This document shows positions 37,439-47,269 of a stretch of 64,000 nucleotides of DNA, piece by piece. Under the pieces are notes generated by a model that saw only the letters and a list, made by a program, of their open reading frames with translations, was not told where the DNA came from and ran no database searches. Within the stretch, counting starts at the first letter, position 1. Every line of letters begins with the position of its first letter. The stretch lies in assembly GCA_036558325.1 (NCBI GenBank), contig DATBFU010000062.1, forward strand, positions 55,048 to 119,047, in the 5' to 3' direction. The translations under genes were made by a program, and so were the position numbers. This stretch comes from Thermoanaerobaculia bacterium. Its GTDB lineage: Bacteria; Acidobacteriota; Thermoanaerobaculia; UBA5066; Gp7-AA6.

Positions 37439-37616
37439 CGCGGCCTCCTCACCATCCGATACGCCATTGGACGTTGCAGGGTTCGTACCCGTTTCGTCGG
37501 CGTTGAGGCGGCTGAGGTTACGGGCGCGAGCGGAACAGCCGGCGCAAAATCCCGGTCGCGCGGGATGACAATCCTGTCCCTCGCGGAGGGCAGGCGCGGC
37601 GACGCTTAAGGAATGC

Positions 37617-38447
37617 CTAAGTGCGCGACCAGGCGCCGACTTCGTAGCGGCCGACGAGAAGCGCGTTCGCGGCGACCGCCTCCGCGATCATCCGCTCCGC
37701 GAGCGACTCGATCTCCACTTCGGCGGCCGTCGCCACGCCGAGGCGCTCCATCTCCGGAAGGAGCGACCGCACGATGTCCGCATTCAGGTGCAGGAGGTCG
37801 GCGGCGTTCGGTCCTCCGCCGATGAGCGCGTCGAGCCGCATGGTCGGCGCCGGAAGCCCCGCGCCGACGAAGGCCCGATGGAGACCGAGCCCCGTGTCCG
37901 AAGACGCGCCGGACCGGCGCAGCGTTTCGACGATCCAGTCGGAGCAGCGCTCGTAGAGCGGCGCCTTCGGATTCGAGTGGACTCCGTACCAGTCCGGCTC
38001 GTGGAACACGAGAACGCCTCCGGCCCGAACGCTCGCCGCGAGCTTCCGGAGCATCGCCGCCGGATCCGGCTGATAGAGCAGAACGTAGCGGCCCACGACG
38101 GCGTCGAACGGCCGATCGAACTCCATCGCGGCCGGATCACCTTCGCGAAACGAAACGTGCCGGAGCGATCGGGCCGCCGCGCGCGCCCGCGCTTTCGCCA
38201 CCGCGTCCGCGGACCGGTCGGCACCGACCACTTCTCCGCGCTCGCCGACGAGCTCGGCCGCCAGGAACGCCACGTCGCCCGCGCCGCTACCGACGTCGAG
38301 CACGCGCATTCCCGGCGCGAGCCCGGCGCCCTCGAAGAACCGGCGCGTGATCGGACCGACGAGACGCCCCTGCTTGCCGAGGCGTTCGAGCTCCTGGTCG
38401 GAGTGTCCGAGGGCGTACTTCGCCGGCGGCTCTCCTGCGACGGGCAT
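37617..38447 (-). CDS. class I SAM-dependent methyltransferase
   Basis: 276 aa with motif I MRVLDVGSGAGDV and post-I/II motifs. It starts 7 nt after the E1 gene stop. Confidence 0.85.
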   Translation of the reverse strand: MPVAGEPPAKYALGHSDQELERLGKQGRLVGPITRRFFEGAGLAPGMRVLDVGSGAGDVAFLAAELVGERGEVVGADRSADAVAKARARAAARSLRHVSFREGDPAAMEFDRPFDAVVGRYVLLYQPDPAAMLRKLAASVRAGGVLVFHEPDWYGVHSNPKAPLYERCSDWIVETLRRSGASSDTGLGLHRAFVGAGLPAPTMRLDALIGGGPNAADLLHLNADIVRSLLPEMERLGVATAAEVEIESLAERMIAEAVAANALLVGRYEVGAWSRT

Positions 38448-38454
38448 CGATCGT

Positions 38455-40587
38455 CTAGACGGAGGCGATCCGGTCCAGCGCCTTTCGGATGTGGGACGGC
38501 TGCGGAAGGATGAAGTCCTCGACGCGCGGCTGGTACGCGACGAACGTGTCCGTGGCCGCCACGCGCTCGACCGGCGCGTCGAGATGGAAGAAGAGCTCCG
38601 ACGCGATCCGCGCGGCGATCTCGGCGCCGTAGCCCCAGGAGATCGGGTCCTCGTAGACGACGATCACGCGGCTCGTTTTGCGCACCGAAGCGGCGATGGC
38701 CTCCCAGTCGTACGGCGAGAGGCTTCGCAGATCCAGGATCTCGACGGTCTTGCCCGTCGCCTCGGTGAAGGCCTGCGCCGCCTGCCACGAGCGATAGACC
38801 GTGGCGCCGTAAGTCACGATCGTGACGTCGCTCCCCTCCTGCACCCGCGCGGCTTTCCCGAACGGGACCATGTAGTCGGGCCCGGGATAGACGCCCTTGT
38901 TGTGCGTCTGCCGGTAGAGATGCTTGTGCTCGAGGAAGAGCACGGGATCCTCGCAGCGGATCGCCGTGCGCAGGAGGCCGTTGGCGTCGAGCGCGTTCGA
39001 CGGCATGACGACGCGCAGGCCTGGGATGTGGGTCATCAGGACCGCGCCCGACTGCGAATGGTAGATCGCGCCGCCGCCGATGTAGCCGCCGGCCGCGACG
39101 CGCACCACGACCGGGCTCGCGAACGCGTTGCCCGAACGCCAGCGCATGTTCGAGAGCTCGTTGTGGATCTGCATGTACGCCGGCCAGATGTAGTCGTAGA
39201 ACTGGATCTCGACGACCGGCTTCAATCCCCGAACCGCCATGCCGACGGCGCGCCCCACGATGTTCGCCTCGGCGAGCGGCGAGTTGAAGACGCGCTCCTT
39301 GCCGTAGAGGCGCTGGAGGTTGTGCGTGACCTTGAAGACGCCGCCCTTGCCCTTGCACTCGGCGAGCACCTCCTCGCGCGACGCGTCGGCCACGTCCTCG
39401 CCGAAGACGACGACCCGCGGATCGCGCTTCATCTCGTCGCGCAGGCAGGCGTTCAAGAGATCCACCATGGTCGTCGGCGCCGCTTCGGCGGCTGGCGCCG
39501 GCTCCGTCGCGAACGCGGACGAGGTCGGATCGACGTCGGGCGAATAGACGAAGTCGTAGGCCGACTCGGGCGCGGGGACCTCCGCGGCGAGCGCGCGGTC
39601 GGCCGCCGCCGCGACTTCGCGGTCCACGTCCTGCTTCAGCTCCTCGAGCTTGGCCTCGGACAGGACGTTTTCCGCCACGAGCAGCTTCGCGAAGGTGACC
39701 ACGGGATCGCGCTCGAGCTCCCGCGCGCGCTCGTCTTTCGGCCGGTAGAGCGCCTCGTCGTCGGAGAGCGAGTGGCTGTACGGGCGGATCACGTGCGCGT
39801 GCACGAGCGCCGGTCCTTTCCGCGTGCGGCAGTACTCCGCGGCGTAGCGCATCGCGTCGTAAGACTCGAGGAAGTCGCAACCGTCGACCTCGGCGAGGAA
39901 GAGACCGGGGAACGAGCGCACGAGCTTCGAGATGGATCCGCCCGGCGTGTTGACCTCGACGGGAACCGAGATCGCGTACCCGTTGTCTTCGATGAGGAAG
40001 ATCAACGGGAGCTTGAGGTTGCAGGCCGACGACAGCGCCTCCCAGAACTCCCCTTCCGAGGTCTGCCCCTCGCCGCTCGAAACCAGGACGAGCTCGTCGC
40101 CGTGCACGTCCTTCCGGCCGGCCAGCTCCGCGATGCGTGACATGCGCCACCCGGCCTCCGCGGCGCCGACTCCCTGAAGAAACTGGGTGCCGGTGCACGA
40201 GGATTTGGAGATCAGATTCAGCCGTTTGGATCCCCAGTGCGACGGCATCTGCCGCCCGGCGGACGCCGGATCGTCCTTGGCGCCGACCGCCTGAAGGAAC
40301 ATTTCGTAGGGGGTGACGCCGAGCTGGAGACACATCGCCCGGTCGCGGTAGTAGAGCTCGAACCAGTCGTAGCCGGGGCGGCATACCATGCCGGCGGCCG
40401 TCGAGATCGCCTCGTGGCCGGCGCTGTTGATCTGGAAATAGATGCGGTTCTGCCGCTTGAGCTGAATCTCCCTATCGTCCACCCGGCGAGAGAGATAGAT
40501 GTTGCGGTAGGCGGCGATGAGAGCGGCGGGATCGAGGCCGTGAAAGCGCCCGGCGGCGATCTCCGTTGCCATCGGGCAAATATACAT
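38455..40587 (-). CDS. thiamine-diphosphate-dependent 2-oxoacid dehydrogenase E1 component, fused alpha and beta subunits
   Basis: 710 aa. The N-terminal half is E1-alpha-like ([30 protein letters not shown]). The C-terminal half is E1-beta-like ([26 protein letters not shown], transketolase C-terminal-like end). The start may be at Met6 (40572). Confidence 0.9.
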   Translation of the reverse strand: MYICPMATEIAAGRFHGLDPAALIAAYRNIYLSRRVDDREIQLKRQNRIYFQINSAGHEAISTAAGMVCRPGYDWFELYYRDRAMCLQLGVTPYEMFLQAVGAKDDPASAGRQMPSHWGSKRLNLISKSSCTGTQFLQGVGAAEAGWRMSRIAELAGRKDVHGDELVLVSSGEGQTSEGEFWEALSSACNLKLPLIFLIEDNGYAISVPVEVNTPGGSISKLVRSFPGLFLAEVDGCDFLESYDAMRYAAEYCRTRKGPALVHAHVIRPYSHSLSDDEALYRPKDERARELERDPVVTFAKLLVAENVLSEAKLEELKQDVDREVAAAADRALAAEVPAPESAYDFVYSPDVDPTSSAFATEPAPAAEAAPTTMVDLLNACLRDEMKRDPRVVVFGEDVADASREEVLAECKGKGGVFKVTHNLQRLYGKERVFNSPLAEANIVGRAVGMAVRGLKPVVEIQFYDYIWPAYMQIHNELSNMRWRSGNAFASPVVVRVAAGGYIGGGAIYHSQSGAVLMTHIPGLRVVMPSNALDANGLLRTAIRCEDPVLFLEHKHLYRQTHNKGVYPGPDYMVPFGKAARVQEGSDVTIVTYGATVYRSWQAAQAFTEATGKTVEILDLRSLSPYDWEAIAASVRKTSRVIVVYEDPISWGYGAEIAARIASELFFHLDAPVERVAATDTFVAYQPRVEDFILPQPSHIRKALDRIASV

Positions 40588-40832
40588 CCCGCGCCGGCGC
40601 GTCGGGCGGCCGGGCGGACTCCTAGCGCAGGAAACCGAGCGAGGCGCGGATGCCCCAGGCTTCCACGGCGAGCGCGGCGAGGAGGAGCGCGGCGAGCAGA
40701 ATGGCCGTCCGGCTGGCGCGGAGTGGGCTCCCCATCGGGCTCATGCCTCGAGTACGGAGCAGGGCGCGTGCCAGTTACCCAAACGCGGCGGAGAATCGGA
40801 CCGCCCGGCGCCGTTGTTATCCTTCCCGTCCG

Positions 40833-41840
40833 ATGAGCGCGCCACGGCCCACCATCTCCGAGACTTACCGCTCTCCGGCCGCCCGGCCGGCTCCGCCGGA
40901 CCTTGCCTCGATCGACCCGAGCCTGGACCTGGCCGAGGAGATCCGCCGCCTCAAGCGACAAAAAAATGCAGTTTTGCTCGCTCACTACTACCAGGAAGAG
41001 GAAATCCAGGATCTGGCGGACTTCGTCGGAGACTCGCTCGATCTTTCCCGCAGCGCCCAGAAGAGTCGGGCCGACATCATCGCGTTCGCGGGCGTGCGTT
41101 TCATGGCCGAGACCGCGAAGATCCTGAACCCGACGCGCAAGGTCGTGCTGCCGGACTACGAGGCGGGTTGCTCGCTCGAGGACTCGTGTCCGCCCGAAGC
41201 GTTTCGCGCTTGGCGCGAGGCCCATCCCGGAGCGGTGTCGCTGACTTACATCAACTGCTCGGCGGCGGTGAAGGCGCTCTCCGACATCATCGTGACCTCG
41301 TCGAACGCCGAGAAGATCGTGCGTTCGATCCCGAAGGAGCAGGAGATCCTCTTCGCGCCGGACCGTCACCTCGGAGCGTTTCTCGCGAAGAAGACCGGCC
41401 GGCCGATGACGCTCTGGCCGGGCACCTGCATCGTCCACGAGCAGTTCTCCGAACGCGAGATCATCCGGCTGAAGGCGAAATATCCGGACGCGCTCCTCGC
41501 GGCGCATCCCGAGTGCCCGGAGGCGATCCTGAAGTACGCCGACCACGTCGGGTCGACACGATCGATCCTCAACTATGTGACGATCGCGCCGGGAAAGCGA
41601 TTCCTCATCGCTACCGAGGAAGGGATCATCCACCAGATGAAGAAGCTCGCTCCCGAACGCGAATACATCCCGGTGCCTCCGGACAACGGCTGCCGCTGCA
41701 ACGAGTGCCCCTTCATGAAGCTCAACACGCTCGAGAAGCTTTATCTGTGTCTGCGCGACGAGCGGCCCGAGATCGTGTTCCCCGAGCCGCTGCGCGCCGC
41801 CGCGGAGAAGCCTCTTCTGCGGATGCTCGAGCTGTCGTAG
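40833..41840 (+). CDS. nadA: quinolinate synthase
   Basis: ATG at 40833. Motifs are AVLLAHYYQEEEIQDLADFVGDSL, FAGVRFMAETAKIL, TYINCSA and the Cys ligand context CNECPFMK. Confidence 0.92.
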   Translation: MSAPRPTISETYRSPAARPAPPDLASIDPSLDLAEEIRRLKRQKNAVLLAHYYQEEEIQDLADFVGDSLDLSRSAQKSRADIIAFAGVRFMAETAKILNPTRKVVLPDYEAGCSLEDSCPPEAFRAWREAHPGAVSLTYINCSAAVKALSDIIVTSSNAEKIVRSIPKEQEILFAPDRHLGAFLAKKTGRPMTLWPGTCIVHEQFSEREIIRLKAKYPDALLAAHPECPEAILKYADHVGSTRSILNYVTIAPGKRFLIATEEGIIHQMKKLAPEREYIPVPPDNGCRCNECPFMKLNTLEKLYLCLRDERPEIVFPEPLRAAAEKPLLRMLELS

Positions 41841-42597
41841 CGCTTCGCGCGAGGACGATCCGCCGCTCGGAGTCCGCGCGGAACGGACCGCCGGAGAAGT
41901 CCCCCCAGATCGTCTCGATCGCGAGGCCCGCCGCCGCGAAGAGCGGCTCGAGGGTCGCGGCGTCCCACGGCCGGGCGAGAAAGGAAGCCTGGGCCGTGCG
42001 ATCTCCCGCGCGGTCGCGCAGACGGTAGCGGAACGTCGCGCGCCAGAGCGCGGGAGCCACGGGACTCCAGGTCTCGTCGACGACGAGCACCGCGTCGCCG
42101 TCTCGCACGCGCCGCGTCCGCCGCCGCGGAGCGTCCGGCGCGAGCCGCAGCGTCTCGAGGACGAACCGGCCGCCGGGCGCGAGGCAGCCGGCGATCTCGC
42201 GGAGCGCCGTCCGGCGCTCGTCGAGCGACGTCACGTGACAGAGGGGATCGTCCGGCGCGACGACGAGATCGAAGCACGAGGCGAACGGGAGACTTCGCGC
42301 GTCGCCGGCCAGAAGGTCGATCTTTCCGCGGGCGGGCCGCCGCCGCGCACGGGCCAGCATCGCCATCGACGGCTCGAGCCCCACCGCCCGGCCGGCGAGC
42401 GGCGCGAGCTCGACGGTCACGCGGCCGAGACCCGCGCCGATCTCGAGCACCGAACGCGGGCGGAATCGCCGGCAGAGACCCCTCCAGAAGGCCAGGTCTC
42501 TGCGGCCGAGGACCTCGAGCTCGTAGAACGGAAGGATGCGCTCGTAGTAGGAGCCGACCTCTCCGAGATCCTCCGCGGCGGCCGCGTCAGGGTTCAT
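41722..42597 (-). CDS. class I SAM-dependent methyltransferase
   Basis: 291 aa with motif I SVLEIGAGLGRVT. The last 37 or so codons (ATTARAS...) are an antisense read of the nadA 3' end, giving a 119-nt convergent overlap, so the functional C-terminus is uncertain. Confidence 0.75.
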   Translation of the reverse strand: MNPDAAAAEDLGEVGSYYERILPFYELEVLGRRDLAFWRGLCRRFRPRSVLEIGAGLGRVTVELAPLAGRAVGLEPSMAMLARARRRPARGKIDLLAGDARSLPFASCFDLVVAPDDPLCHVTSLDERRTALREIAGCLAPGGRFVLETLRLAPDAPRRRTRRVRDGDAVLVVDETWSPVAPALWRATFRYRLRDRAGDRTAQASFLARPWDAATLEPLFAAAGLAIETIWGDFSGGPFRADSERRIVLARSATTARASAEEASPRRRAAARGTRSRAARRADTDKASRAC

Positions 42598-42650
42598 GCC
42601 CTGGGGGGCCTACAAGAGGCGTGCCCGCGGTCTTGCCGCTGCGCGAGCGA

Positions 42651-44207
42651 TCAGTGCGCCATGACCGGCTGCTGCGCGCCGGAGCCGCGCCGGCGCCGCT
42701 TGAAGAGAAGCAGCAGGGGAATGCAGCACAGGAAGAAGACGCCGACGATCCGAAAGGCGTCCATGTAGGTCAGCAGGAACGTCTGCCGCAGGACGATGCC
42801 CTCGATGGCGCCGTAGGCCTGCTGCGTCGCTTCGGCCAGCGTCGATCCCTTCGCCATCAGCCCGGCCACGATCGCGTGGAACCGCTCGCGCAGCGCCGGG
42901 TCGTAAATCGAGACGTGCTCCAGGAGCGCCTGGCGATGCGCCCAGGAACGCTTCTCGACGTAGGTGGCGATGAGCGCGACGCCGAAGGAGCCGCCGAGCT
43001 GCCGCATCATGTTCGTCATCCCGGCGCCCTGCGCGATGTCCTTGCCGCGGAGATTCGAGAGCGCGAGCGTCGTCAGCGGCACGAAGAGAAGCCCCAGCCC
43101 CACGCCGCGCAGGATCAGCGGCCAGAAGAAGTCGGCGCGCCCGGAAGCCAGCGTCGAGTGCGACAGCATGTAGGTGAAGAAGAAGAAGGACACGAAGCCG
43201 AGCGCGTTCATCAACTGCGCCGGCACGCCTTTCTGCATCGCCTTGCCGACGATCGGCATCATGACGGCCGTCGCGAGCCCGCCGGGCAGCAGAATCAACC
43301 CCGTCTGCATGGCCGTGAAGCCGAGCAGGTTCTGGGCGAACACCGGAAAGATGAAGACGGACGAATACAGACCGAAGCCGAGAATGAACGTGAAGAGCGT
43401 GCCGACGGCGAGCGACCGATCCTTGAAGACGCGCAGGTCCACGACGGGATGTTCCGCGGCGAGCTCCCTCCAGATGAACCCGATGATCCCGACGACGGAA
43501 ACCAGCGCCAGGACGACGATGTAAGTCGCGGCGAACCAGTCGTCCCGCTCGCCGCGCTCCAGCACGACCTGAAGCGAGCCGATCCCGACGACGAGGAGGG
43601 CGATCCCGGCCCAATCGATCGCGCCGACGTCGCGCTTTTCCGGCGCCTCGCGGATGAAGGCGACGGTCAGCAGCGCCGCGACAACGCCGATCGGCAGGTT
43701 CACGTAGAAGATCCAGGGCCATGAGTAGTTGTCCGTGATCCAGCCGCCGAGCGTCGGGCCGATCGTCGGGCCCACGACGACGCCGAGCCCGAAGAGGCCG
43801 TTGGCGAGCCCGAGCTCCTCGGGCGGAAACGTCTCGACGAGGATCGCCTGCGAAGTCGAGAGGAGCGCTCCGCCGCCGACGCCCTGGATGAACCGGAACG
43901 CGACGAGCTCCCAGATGTTCGTGGCGTGGCCGCAGAAGAACGAGGCCACGGTGAAGAGCAGGATCGATCCCGCGAAGTAATTGCGGCGCCCGAAGGACGC
44001 CGACAGGAAGCCGGTCATCGGGACGACGATGACGTTGGCGACGACATAGGCCGTCACGACCCACGCGACCTCGTCGAGCGTCGCGCCGAGGTTTCCCATC
44101 ATCTGAGGAAGAGCCACGTTGACGATGGACGTATCGATCAGCTCGATCACCGAGGCGAGAATCACGGTGAACGTGATGATCCATTTCCGGGCGCCGGTCT
44201 CCGACAT
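42651..44207 (-). CDS. MFS transporter, DHA2 (EmrB/QacA) drug-efflux family
   Basis: 518 aa, about 14 hydrophobic segments. Motifs are LDTSIVNVALPQM, GFLSASFGRRN and the typical DHA2 length. Confidence 0.9.
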   Translation of the reverse strand: MSETGARKWIITFTVILASVIELIDTSIVNVALPQMMGNLGATLDEVAWVVTAYVVANVIVVPMTGFLSASFGRRNYFAGSILLFTVASFFCGHATNIWELVAFRFIQGVGGGALLSTSQAILVETFPPEELGLANGLFGLGVVVGPTIGPTLGGWITDNYSWPWIFYVNLPIGVVAALLTVAFIREAPEKRDVGAIDWAGIALLVVGIGSLQVVLERGERDDWFAATYIVVLALVSVVGIIGFIWRELAAEHPVVDLRVFKDRSLAVGTLFTFILGFGLYSSVFIFPVFAQNLLGFTAMQTGLILLPGGLATAVMMPIVGKAMQKGVPAQLMNALGFVSFFFFTYMLSHSTLASGRADFFWPLILRGVGLGLLFVPLTTLALSNLRGKDIAQGAGMTNMMRQLGGSFGVALIATYVEKRSWAHRQALLEHVSIYDPALRERFHAIVAGLMAKGSTLAEATQQAYGAIEGIVLRQTFLLTYMDAFRIVGVFFLCCIPLLLLFKRRRRGSGAQQPVMAH

Positions 44208-44234
44208 GGGGAAGAACCTCGATTCCGGGAGCGC

Positions 44235-45311
44235 TCAGTCCACGGAGACGATCGCGGTCACGCTCATTCCCGGCCGCAGCGGATGCGCGGCGTCCGGCGG
44301 CTCGGTGAGAACGATCTTGACCGGGACGCGCTGCACCACCTTCGTGAAGTTGCCGGTGGCGTTGTCGGGCGGCAGGAGCGCGAACTTCGCGCCGGTCGCC
44401 GCGGCGAACGACTCGACCCGGCCGCGAAAGACGACCTTCGGGTACGCGTCCACCTGGATCTCCACCGGCTGCCCCACGCGCATCTTCTTGAGCTGCGTTT
44501 CCTTGAAGTTCGCCACCACCCAGGGTTCCGTGTCGGTGACGATCGCGAGGAGCGGCTGCCCGGCCTGGACGTACTGCCCGACCTCGACGTTCTTGCGCGA
44601 GACGGTGCCGGCGGCCGGCGCGGTGACGGTCGCGTAGGAAAGCTGGAGCTCCGCGTACTCGAGATCCGCCTTCTTCTGGGCGACCTGCGCCCGGGCCGCC
44701 TCGATCCGTTTGCGCGCGGCCTCGGCCTGCGCGCCCTCCGCTTCGGCCGCGGCCTTCGCGGCGTCGTACTGCTGCTGCGAGACCTCTTCCTTCTGGCGCA
44801 GCCTCGCGTATCGCGTGAGGTCCGCCGCCGCCCGCTCGCTCTGCGTGCGCCGCGCCGCCGCGTCGGCCTGCGCGACCCCCACCGCCGCCTTCGCGTTCTC
44901 GAGCGTCGCGCGCGCCGTGTCGACTCTCGAGCGGAGATCCCGATCGTCGATCCGGACGAGAACGCTGCCCGATTGGACCTTCTCGTTGTCGTGAACGGCG
45001 ACTTCCGTCACGTAGCCCGACACCTTCGGGAGCACCGGCGCGATGTGCGACTCGAACTGGGCATCGTCGGTCTCGGCGTGGTGCTTGTAGAACGTGACCG
45101 TGCGGATGCCGAAGACGAGCCCGGCGATGACCGCGGCCGCGAGGATCGAGAAGACGATCCAGCGGCGCCTGCTCGGGCGCTTCTCGGCCGCCGGCGCCGG
45201 CGGGGCCTCCGGCTTCTTCGGCGCCTCCTCGGCCGGCCGCAGCGGTCTCTCGCGCGACTCTCTCGCCACGTTCTCCATTTCGCCCTCCCGGCGTCCTTCC
45301 ATTTCGTTCAC
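44235..45311 (-). CDS. HlyD/EmrA-family membrane fusion protein
   Basis: 358 aa with a GTG start overlapping the TolC-like stop (GTGA). It has a single N-terminal TM, a long Ala/Gln coiled-coil, and LDYAELQLSYATVTAPAAGTV (barrel-sandwich hybrid). Confidence 0.9.
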   Translation of the reverse strand: MNEMEGRREGEMENVARESRERPLRPAEEAPKKPEAPPAPAAEKRPSRRRWIVFSILAAAVIAGLVFGIRTVTFYKHHAETDDAQFESHIAPVLPKVSGYVTEVAVHDNEKVQSGSVLVRIDDRDLRSRVDTARATLENAKAAVGVAQADAAARRTQSERAAADLTRYARLRQKEEVSQQQYDAAKAAAEAEGAQAEAARKRIEAARAQVAQKKADLEYAELQLSYATVTAPAAGTVSRKNVEVGQYVQAGQPLLAIVTDTEPWVVANFKETQLKKMRVGQPVEIQVDAYPKVVFRGRVESFAAATGAKFALLPPDNATGNFTKVVQRVPVKIVLTEPPDAAHPLRPGMSVTAIVSVD

Positions 45312-46699
45312 GACCCCGAGACCAGCTCGCGGATGCGTCCCGTGGCGCGCGCCAGGTCGAAGCGCGACTGCGCCTCGTCCGCGAGCGCCGCAATACGGTC
45401 CTCCTGCGCCTGCACGAGCGACGTCTGCGCGTTGTCCACCTCGATCGACGAGGAGAGCCCGTCGGCGAAACGGTCGCGCGCGAACTCGAGCTCCTCGCCG
45501 GCCAGACGCTCGCTCTCGCGCGCCACGTGGACGCGCTCCCGCGCGCTCTGCCAGGCGAGCAGCGCCCGCCGCACGTCCTCTTCGATCTTCCGATCGGTCT
45601 CGATCTGCTCGAGCCGGAGCTCGCGCGAGACCGAGCTCGCTTCCGCGATCCGCGCCGCCGTGCGGCCGCCGGTGAAGATCGGCACGGCGAGGAAGGCGGA
45701 GACCGAGCGCGTCCAGAACATCTCGTTGAAGTGGAAGCCGCTGTACCCGCCCTGGAACTGGAAGCCCAGCCGCGGCAGCCGCTCCGCCCGCTCGGCCTCC
45801 GTGGCGAGCCCGGCCTCCCGAAGCCGCTCGGACAGCGCGCGCAGCTCCGGCCGCTCCTCGCGCGCCGTGCGGAGCGCCTCCTCGACCGACGGGGCCGCGT
45901 CCGCGCCTTCCTGGAGCGGGTCCGTCAGCTCGACCTCGAGCGCCTGGTCGGCTCCGGCCGCGTGCAGAAGCGCGAGCCGCGCGTCCTCACGCTGGTTCCG
46001 GGACACCAGCAGCGCCTGGCGTTGGCGCGAGAGCGTGACCTCGGCGCGCGTGCTGTCGAGCTTGGTCGCCACGCCGGCCTGCCGCTGGTCGTCGGCCAGA
46101 TCGCGCAGCTTCGAGAAGAGATCGACGTTCGCCGCGGCGGCCGCGACGCTCGCCTCGGCCCTCTGGAGCGCGACATAGAGCGTCGCCACCGCCGCCATGA
46201 CGTCGTTCTCCGTGCGCTCCCGCTCCGCCAGACTCACCGAGACGCCCGTGACGGCCGCCTCGTAGCGCCGCCGCGCGGCCACGTCCACGACGTCGAGCGC
46301 GATGCGCGCGTGCGCGTCGAGAAACGAGAACGGAGGGATCACCGTCGGAAACCCGGGGATCACGAGACCGAACGACTGGAGGTTGATCGACTGATTCGTT
46401 CCCACGGTCTCGACGCCGACCTGCGGCAAGAGGGCCGCGCGCGCCTGGTGAGCCTGGTATCGCGAGACGTCGATCCGCTCCGACGCGATGCGCGCGGCCG
46501 TGCCGTCCGAAAGGGCGCGCGCGACCGCCTCCTTGAGCGAGAGGCGGATCGTTTCCGCCCCGGCCGCGGGCGCCAGTCCGAGAGCGGCCACGAGCGCCGC
46601 CACCGCCTGCCGATGAGCCATGGTGAGAGCCTCCCTGAGAGCCCCGAGCAACTCCCGAGCCAGCGCTCCGCGCCCCCGGAAGGCCGGTGAGTATAACAT
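45308..46699 (-). CDS. TolC-family outer-membrane efflux protein
   Basis: 463 aa with a duplicated OEP repeat pattern (LSLKEAVARAL..., coiled alpha-barrel segments). It is the first gene of the three-gene efflux operon. Confidence 0.85.
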   Translation of the reverse strand: MLYSPAFRGRGALARELLGALREALTMAHRQAVAALVAALGLAPAAGAETIRLSLKEAVARALSDGTAARIASERIDVSRYQAHQARAALLPQVGVETVGTNQSINLQSFGLVIPGFPTVIPPFSFLDAHARIALDVVDVAARRRYEAAVTGVSVSLAERERTENDVMAAVATLYVALQRAEASVAAAAANVDLFSKLRDLADDQRQAGVATKLDSTRAEVTLSRQRQALLVSRNQREDARLALLHAAGADQALEVELTDPLQEGADAAPSVEEALRTAREERPELRALSERLREAGLATEAERAERLPRLGFQFQGGYSGFHFNEMFWTRSVSAFLAVPIFTGGRTAARIAEASSVSRELRLEQIETDRKIEEDVRRALLAWQSARERVHVARESERLAGEELEFARDRFADGLSSSIEVDNAQTSLVQAQEDRIAALADEAQSRFDLARATGRIRELVSGS

Positions 46700-46703
46700 T
46701 TTA

Positions 46704-46714
46704 AGTTGTCAACT
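46704..46714. promoter_or_regulatory. palindrome AGTTG-T-CAACT in the AT-rich divergent control region (candidate MarR operator)
   Basis: A 57-bp strongly AT-rich spacer (46700-46756) separates the efflux operon from the divergent marR-like gene. It contains a perfect 5-1-5 palindrome and the direct repeat TTTTAAGT at 46698 and 46728. Confidence 0.35.
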
Positions 46715-46756
46715 ATGATTATTATGATTTTTAAGTATTTGTGCTAATCTGGCCGC

Positions 46757-47206
46757 ATGCGGAGGACGGGACCCCGGGATCCGGCGCGCGAGGCCGCCGA
46801 GCTGCTCTTCGAGCTGCTCATGGCGCAGAAGCGCGTCATGCAGGGCATCGCGAAGGAGTACGGGCTGACGCTCCAGCAACTCGGCGCGCTGCGCAACGTG
46901 GACACGGACAAAGGGATGTCCATGAGCGCCATGGCCGACGCCCTCTCCTGTGACGCGGCCAACGTCACGGCCGTCGTCGACAAGCTCGAAGCCCGCGGCC
47001 TCGTCCGCCGGTCCGCCTCCCCCGATCGCCGTGTGCGCCTGGTCGAGACGACGGCGCGGGGCGCCGACCTGCGGCAGAAGATGCTCGCGCGCCTGAGGGA
47101 GCCGACGCCCTGGATCCTGGCGCTCGACCCCGACGACCAGAAACTCCTGCGCGATCTGCTCCGCAAGGGGTTGACGCGGGCGCAGGCAGCGGAAGTCGTC
47201 GCCTAG
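46757..47206 (+). CDS. MarR-family transcriptional regulator
   Basis: 149 aa. The winged-helix pattern is LTLQQLGALRNV...MSMSAMADALSCDAANVTAVVDKLEARGLVRR..DRR. It is divergent from the efflux operon. Confidence 0.9.
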   Translation: MRRTGPRDPAREAAELLFELLMAQKRVMQGIAKEYGLTLQQLGALRNVDTDKGMSMSAMADALSCDAANVTAVVDKLEARGLVRRSASPDRRVRLVETTARGADLRQKMLARLREPTPWILALDPDDQKLLRDLLRKGLTRAQAAEVVA

Positions 47207-47269
47207 CGCTCGGCGGCGGCGGTCGAAGCCCGCTCGCCTCTTTCGCGACTCGGATATCCTCCGCGCCGC

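Noticed and set aside
35454-40384. Run-on ORFs 35454-37433 (659 aa) and 37784-40384 (866 aa)
   Set aside because: The first is pyrD plus an out-of-frame read over pyrK. The second is a shadow frame over the methyltransferase and E1 genes. The same logic applies to the N-terminal extensions of 18993-21500, 47647-49671, 55914-58037, 33959-35014, 29099-30427 and 31901-33184.
41722-41840. 119-nt convergent overlap of the methyltransferase 3' end with nadA, as a sign of frameshift or antisense regulation
   Set aside because: The methyltransferase core ends (…RIVLARS) exactly where nadA ends. The extra 37 codons simply reflect the lack of a stop codon in the GC-rich antisense of nadA. I saw no independent evidence for a sequencing error or regulatory role, so I only flagged the uncertain C-terminus.
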